A stretch of 64,000 nucleotides of DNA from Eledone cirrhosa (lineage: Eukaryota), in contig OZ024743.1 of assembly GCA_964016885.1 (NCBI GenBank), positions 24,986,001-25,050,000 on the forward strand, written 5' to 3'. The number at the start of each line of letters is the position of its first letter. Position 1 is the first letter of the stretch. This document shows, piece after piece, positions 55,360 to 64,000 of this stretch. A program made the position numbers and the translations under genes. Under the pieces are notes generated by a model that saw only the letters and a program-made list of their open reading frames with translations, was not told where the DNA came from and did no database searches.

Positions 55360-57022
55360 TAAATGCTGCGGGCGAAAGAGGCTTGGTGTGGCGCCGTATG
55401 GCAGGAGCACCCCTTGACTCAATCAAGAGGTCAAATATGCCATCCTAGCAAACAAAAAAAAGAAGAGGCCTACAAAGCTTGGTATAGAAATAAGTACGCC
55501 TTCTTGCACTTGCGGTACAAACAGGAACGAAGAATCGTAGCAGAGACAGTAAAGGCACCCAAATATAAGACATGAGAAACCTTTGAGGTTAAGCTAGAAT
55601 CCGACTTCAGCTAATAAAGTGTTTTAGCTGACCATCCGCCGACTTTGTAATAAGCAGTCATCTTCCACATCTGCTACCAGGAACGCACCCGAGGTTCTTC
55701 CATCTTCCAAGAGGTGCACCCTCGCGATGTGGAGAGAATACATTGTTGAACTCCTAAACACGATCCCAAACAGCATCTTCTGATGTACATGAGGTGCATG
55801 TGAAAGCGGTGACTAATCTCTCGGAGGTTGAGGTCACAAGAGCAGTTAAAGTGCTCAAATGTGGTAAGGCCACTGGGGAAGATGAAAGCCGGTCCGAGAT
55901 GTTGATAGACTAGGTATTCTCTGGCTGATTAGATGTACTGGTTGGTCTGGATCTCTGGAAAGGCACCCAAGCAATGGCAATCGGGAGTGATAATCCCAAT
56001 TTTTAAAAAGGGAGACAAGGAAGATTATTTCAATTACTGAGGGATCTCCTTGTTAAACCTCCTCGGTAAAATCTATAATACGTGTCTGGCAAAGTGATGC
56101 AGGGAGATTGTCGAGTCCAAGCTAGCTGGTGAACAGTGCGGTATTTACCCCGGACACTGCACAGCCGACCAAATATTTATACCGAGACAGGTCTTCGAAA
56201 AATCGTGAGAGTATTGCCATGAGGTATATTCTTGTTTTGTAGACCTCGATAAGGAGTATGATCACTTTCCCCGGCAACTGCTGCGGAGGGTTTTCCATGA
56301 GCATGGGATCGATGGTCAGCTTCTTGATGCCTTGATGACTCTATACGAATACCCGAATATTTGTGTTCATTTAAATGGTGCGGAAACTGAGACACTCGTC
56401 CTCTCCAGGAAACATGCGCAGTACATTCTACATCATGTGAATGGAGTTCCACAGAAGAAGGCGAAATTCAAGTATCTTGGGGCTGTGTTCATGTGTGATG
56501 GAAGAAAGGAGGCTGAAATCAGTGCATGAATTGCAGGAGCTTGTGCAGTAATGCGCCAGCTTCATCATTCGGTATCTTCAATTCAGTATTCATGGTAACC
56601 CTTACCTATAGTTATAAATATTGGGTAATCACCGAAAGTATACTACAACGAATACAAGCGGTCGAAATGGGGTTCCTCCGACGTGTTTTTGGAGTAATGT
56701 TACTAGATAAAGTACGTAGCTCGGAGATCACAGAATCACTTCAAGTGGAGCCGCTACTTCTCTGAATTGAGAGATCACAGCTCCGATACTATGGGCACGT
56801 GGTTAGAATGTCTCAGGGAAGAATCATTGGACAGATTTGACGGGCTAAACCGTCAGGAGACACAGAGGTAGACCCCGAGCAGGATGGTTGGCTGGTGTCG
56901 CTTTGGGATCCAGCCGGATCAGTTGGACACGGTGGCTTCTGAAAGGGCCCACTGGAAGGAGTGTTTGAGGACTCTTCCCCACGACTCCCTCAGAAATTAT
57001 TTGGCGAAGAAGAAGAAGAAGA
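55360..57022 (+). mobile_element. degenerate RTE-clade LINE with internal deletions and (GAA)n tail
   Basis: QWQSGVIIPIFKKGDK, GISLLNL, EQCGI, CFVDLDKEYD, KFKYLG, IQAVEMGFLRRV..RSSEI..LQVEPLLL. Confidence 0.85.
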
Positions 57023-57207
57023 AATAATAATAATAATTTATGCAGGAATTGAAGATTTGCAATTAAAATACGTACTCACAAATTTGTGGGTGAACACTTA
57101 GTTATAAAAAATATATTTTTAAGGGTTTCAGAAAAAATAGATAGGGTCAGTTAGGTTGTGGCTTGTTACTGATTTTAGGAGAGACATAAAAAAACATTTC
57201 TATAATT

Positions 57208-57288
<81 letters not shown>

Positions 57289-57628
57289 AATATATGCATA
57301 AATATCTGTGTGTTTATTGAACTCATATGTACAACATATATGTATAAATGTAAAGATAGGTACACTTACATTTGAAGTATGCACTGATTAACGTGTACTC
57401 TCTTGTAAAGAGTAACATGAATGAGCATGTCTTCATGTTATTAGGCTCATTCATATACACCTTATGAGGTATAAATACTTACATTGAATGTTAATATATA
57501 TTATTTGTTCACATTCACACACACACACACACACACAGACTTACACACGCACACATACTCAACTCACACATACCAGTATGTAAATATATGTGTATATGTG
57601 TACCTATGTAGAAATATAGGTATTTATG

Positions 57629-57663
<35 letters not shown>

Positions 57664-57727
57664 TCACACACGCATACATATATGTATATAGGTTCTTACA
57701 TTTTTATTCACACACACACACATACAC

Positions 57728-57778
<51 letters not shown>

Positions 57779-57790
57779 AACACACACACA

Positions 57791-57837
<47 letters not shown>

Positions 57838-57861
57838 ACACACACGCACACACACACAAAC

Positions 57862-57922
<61 letters not shown>

Positions 57923-58115
57923 AACACACACACACACACACGCAGATTATTTCAGGTTATAAGCCTCATGCTTGGGTAATTATAATGTTCACTGAATATT
58001 AGATAAATAAATGAAAGCCCACTTTGAATGATGACAGCCACCTCTGTGTTTCATGTCCTAGTTACAACATACAACGCTAGAGGTATACACACTCTTTACA
58101 CATTATATATATACT

Positions 58116-58190
<75 letters not shown>

Positions 58191-58193
<3 letters not shown>

Positions 58194-59141
58194 CTTTGAA
58201 TAACTTTGAAATGTTTTGGCCAGTATTGGCCCAGGCCATGTCTAACTTAATAGCACCACCTGGCGAAGTCTTTCAATTCAGGATTTGGGCACCATGGTCC
58301 ATTCGAGAAGAGAATTACTGTTTGCGGAGACATATCCGGGTGTGGGTGGTTTGTCCGGGATTACTTGGAGGAATTTGTCCAAAGACTTCTTGAATTTTGT
58401 GTGGTCAGTTTCTGTTTTGACGTGTCCTGGTGTGATGTTGAAGAGAGCAGGGCCGATTGAGGTGAAATAATTGTGCCGTATTGTTGTTATGAGTTGCGAT
58501 TTAGATTTTTGAATGGGACGGATAGCACGGGGCCCAAGCCTTGGGTGTATCTTGAAGGCGATGCCAACATCATTTGGGCAGTGATGATGGAACATTTTCC
58601 ACATCATGCAGATAATATAACGCTCACGGCGACGTTGGAGTGAGTAAAGTTTCAGGTTTTCCAATCGACCCCAGTAGTCAAGGTCTGACATGCCATCTAT
58701 CTTTTTCGTGATTGCCCTTTGAGGAGCTTCAAGTTTCATGATACTTTGTTTCGTGTGGGGAGACCACAGTGGACAACAGTATTCAAGGTGTGGTCGGGCG
58801 AAAGTAGAGAAGAGAAGGATAATGGTGCGGGAATCTCTCGACTGGAAGGTTCTGAGGATCCAGGAACACATTCTGCGGGCCATGTCAACTTTGCTGCTTA
58901 TATGCGTGGTCCAGCTTATGTTGCTGTCCACGGTTACTCCCAAGTCTCTGATGTTGTTAGATGCCACGAGAGTTTCCCCGGAGGGAAGGGAGTACGGGAG
59001 TTTCAGAGCATCCTCTTTTCCAAAGTGGATCAGTTCGAATTTGTCTTCGTTCAGTAACATGTTGTTCTTTTCTGCCCATTGGGTAACAGCCAGTAGGTCT
59101 GACTGAAGGCTTATCCGGTCATCCACGCCATTGATGACCTT
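58191..59141 (-). mobile_element. 5'-truncated young CR1-like LINE ending in (TTCAAAGTTA)2 next to (TA)n
   Basis: Uninterrupted RT C-terminal ORF, short 3' UTR and a short tandem-repeat tail. Confidence 0.88.
58278..59126 (-). CDS. LINE ORF2 C-terminal part (RT thumb region), truncated
   Basis: LQSDL..V.QWA..N.M.LN.DK, RDLGVTVDS, RPHLEYCCPLWSP, LEAPQR, LYSLQRRRER, FKKSLDKFL. Confidence 0.85.
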   Translation of the reverse strand: MDDRISLQSDLLAVTQWAEKNNMLLNEDKFELIHFGKEDALKLPYSLPSGETLVASNNIRDLGVTVDSNISWTTHISSKVDMARRMCSWILRTFQSRDSRTIILLFSTFARPHLEYCCPLWSPHTKQSIMKLEAPQRAITKKIDGMSDLDYWGRLENLKLYSLQRRRERYIICMMWKMFHHHCPNDVGIAFKIHPRLGPRAIRPIQKSKSQLITTIRHNYFTSIGPALFNITPGHVKTETDHTKFKKSLDKFLQVIPDKPPTPGYVSANSNSLLEWTMVPKS

Positions 59142-59162
59142 TTGGAGCTTATATATATTTTC

Positions 59163-59370
59163 GGAAAATATTCAAGACTCCGACGGCACAGAGCTCAAGC
59201 CGTTTCGACGGCTATTTCTGGACGGCTATTTCAGTCCAGAAATAGCCGTCGAAACGGCTTGAGCTCTGCCGTCGGGGTCTTGAATATTTTCCTATTACCC
59301 ACACTACTACCCAAAGTATCGAGTACTCTGGTGCGCTATGGTCCATCTGCTTCCTTACCACACTTCCTTC

Positions 59371-59374
<4 letters not shown>
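59163..59374. mobile_element. family A foldback element
   Basis: Arms of about 60 bp around GACGGCTATTTCTGGAC...GTCCAGAAATAGCCGTC, then the tail into (TA)n. Confidence 0.85.
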
Positions 59375-59442
<68 letters not shown>

Positions 59443-59881
59443 GAGAAAACACAGGTAAGCATTAAGAGAAGTATTTTATCCAGGTATTTACGACCGTTTC
59501 ATTGGTAAGTGCATCCTTATATTGCTATACTGCAAATAGCAGCCACTCAATTATAATTGTTGTTCACAGTCCAAATTTTCAAAATACATTGAAACCATCC
59601 ATGAAACTGGCTTTCTTGACCACGAACTGGATCACAATAAGCAATTTTCTGCTTCCCTAACTATATATATATATATATATTAGAAAGTGAGGTTTTTTTA
59701 CAAAATGAAAAATAACCGAGGTGTCCTACACGAGTGAAAGTATACAGAAAAAAAGATGATATCGAAAATGCAACTGGAGTCTTATTAAAAAAAATATATA
59801 TATATTTATTTGGTTCCTTTACCGGTTTCGCAGTTCTTCTTTTCAAAAGTAGAGTTGAGATGGAGGGTCTGTGGTTTTTCT

Positions 59882-59944
<63 letters not shown>

Positions 59945-60113
59945 ACAGGGAGAAAAGGACGATTATTAGGAAGAAAAATTTTTTTTTTTCCTTTTTATCT
60001 ATTTTCTGGGTTCGAAAATTATTAAAACGAAATATTTTACTTTGTGTGAAGTGTTAAGGTATTAGTTGATTTATTTATTAATTACCAATGGCATTTATTT
60101 ATATATTTAATAA

Positions 60114-60160
60114 TTGTCTATTACCGGTTTCAGCATTTTTATGCATTATCAAATGATAAT
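60114..60160 (-). ncRNA. decayed hammerhead
   Basis: TTGATAA-T GCAT AAAA ATGC T-GAAA-CCGG-TA-ATAGACAA; core differs from CTGATGA at two positions. Confidence 0.5.
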
Positions 60161-60271
60161 AATATGTATTGGTGTAGAATGGTGGTGTTGGACATGTGAA
60201 AGAAATGGTGCAGAAAGAATAATGTTATTTACAAACAAGGTTTATGAAGTGAAAAGAAAAAAGACACACAC

Positions 60272-60580
<309 letters not shown>

Positions 60581-61032
60581 TACATATACATAAAGAGAGA
60601 GAGCGAGAGAGAGAGAGACGGGGAGAGAGAGAGAGGGAGAGAGAGTGTGAGAGATAGAGAGAGAGAGATAAAGAGAGAGGGGGGGATAAGTGAGAGAGAA
60701 AGTCTATATGAATGGCGTTCAGATAGCACATCGCTGGGTTGTATGACACTTGCTCAAAAGAACTCTCATCTCATTAGAATTTTGAGGGCAGTATTGTTCG
60801 GTATTACAAATCTCAATCAGTCACCCTCTCTTTCTCTCTTTCACACACTTTCTCTTTCTCTCACCTTTCACTCCCTCCGCCTCTCCCCCTCTCTCTCGCG
60901 TACACTCTGTGTTCAGATGAAGTGAGTAAACTGCTGAAACTTAGAAGTCACTTCCACTTTTCTACACTCTACCCACCAAATTATATTGTTAGTTAATGTA
61001 TAATTAGTTCTGTATTTTGAACAACATATATT

Positions 61033-61106
<74 letters not shown>

Positions 61107-61239
61107 CATGTTCGAGCATTGCCATCGTCTGATAAAATGCTCAAAAATGTGAGGCCCAAATGTGGTTCTTTACACCAGCCAAAGACTTACAGCATCTGGC
61201 ATACACATGGCAACTGTAGGCTCCTTTGGGACTTTCCAC

Positions 61240-61345
<106 letters not shown>

Positions 61346-61579
61346 CATACATACATACATACTTACATACTTACATACGCTTTCAAATATATTCATACAT
61401 TTGTAAACTCAGACACTCTCGATCCAGACATCTATTCTATTCCCCAGATCTTGCCCAAGCAATATGCTCAACACTTTCTCTCAACTAACCTTAAAAATTT
61501 TACTCGTACGACAACGTCTAAGAAGGCCATAAGATTAAACTATATATATAGCGCACACTGACACACAGGTACACACACA

Positions 61580-61617
<38 letters not shown>

Positions 61618-61802
61618 AGTGGAAGCTTATTAAAATCAAAGCTTTAGCTGCGGCCAAGCAAAGTCGACCTACAATTAGGAATGAGTAGCAAAGCACTCAA
61701 TAAGGGTAGGTCCTCAGAGTAATAACATTATTGAATATTGCGGCAGGCAAAACTCAGCCACACAATACCAAAAGAATGAAAGAACTAATCAAGTTAGACA
61801 GC

Positions 61803-62093
<291 letters not shown>

Positions 62094-62163
62094 CTACCTA
62101 ACTCATCCCATGGACTGAGTGCTCTACCACTTCGGATATTAGCTACCTTCCAGTGTTCTACCA

Positions 62164-62204
<41 letters not shown>

Positions 62205-62370
62205 AGCCTAATACCACATTGTTCGTACTGCACCTTTGTTATTGTTTTTGTTTTTTGTGTTTTACTTCTATATATATATATAACGCACACTGACACATAG
62301 GTACACACGTGAACCTAATAAACTTTTATTTGTACTGCCTCTCTGTTTTTGTTCCCGTCCAAGTTTTCAC

Positions 62371-62491
<121 letters not shown>

Positions 62492-62544
62492 AAGTATTGA
62501 AGTTTGCTTGAAGCATTGTGGAATAATAATAATATAATTTATAT

Positions 62545-63620
<1,076 letters not shown>

Positions 63621-63708
63621 TATTTGCTCTACGGTTCTTATATATTTGATATATATTTTCCTTATCGAGCCCTCTTTGGATTTTAGTCTTCAATTTTATT
63701 ATTATTAC

Positions 63709-63809
<101 letters not shown>

Positions 63810-63963
63810 GTATATATATGTGTATATATAAATGAATGAATAAATAACCAAGTTTCAATAAATTAATACATTATTTAATTGATTTACATATTTACTCGTT
63901 TGATTCAAATACAGAAGGAGGTAGTATTTAATTCCTCTGTGGAGAAATCGTCAGAACCACTAG

Positions 63964-64000
<37 letters not shown>

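Overview
AT-rich, microsatellite-saturated eukaryotic (animal) DNA. The SINE families and (TA)n/(CA)n density resemble an octopus/cephalopod genome, which is an inference from recall and not a search. Almost all ORFs in the track are microsatellite or minisatellite artefacts. The window holds a 41-bp satellite (1-4820), a 30-bp minisatellite (43.4-45.5 kb), many tRNA-derived SINEs, decayed LINEs of four clades (RTE, R4/Dong, CR1-like, CRE), a Tc1/mariner relic, two MITEs, a Penelope-like RT relic and a few weak candidate host exons on the minus strand. The main finding is a set of small non-coding elements carrying hammerhead ribozymes (HHR), which sit in or beside (TA)n tracts. It includes a 3.3-copy 310-bp tandem array with a type I hammerhead in each full unit (39395-40424, a retrozyme-like candidate source of circular RNA) and a 659-bp tandem-plus-inverted unit (51.3-52.9 kb). 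It also includes several head-to-head palindromes with a hammerhead in each arm, and a recurrent family that keeps only the 3' half of a hammerhead, folded back at stem II. Several otherwise unrelated families share an unusual U10.1-U11.1 pair at the base of stem II. All folds were read by eye; none was computed or tested.
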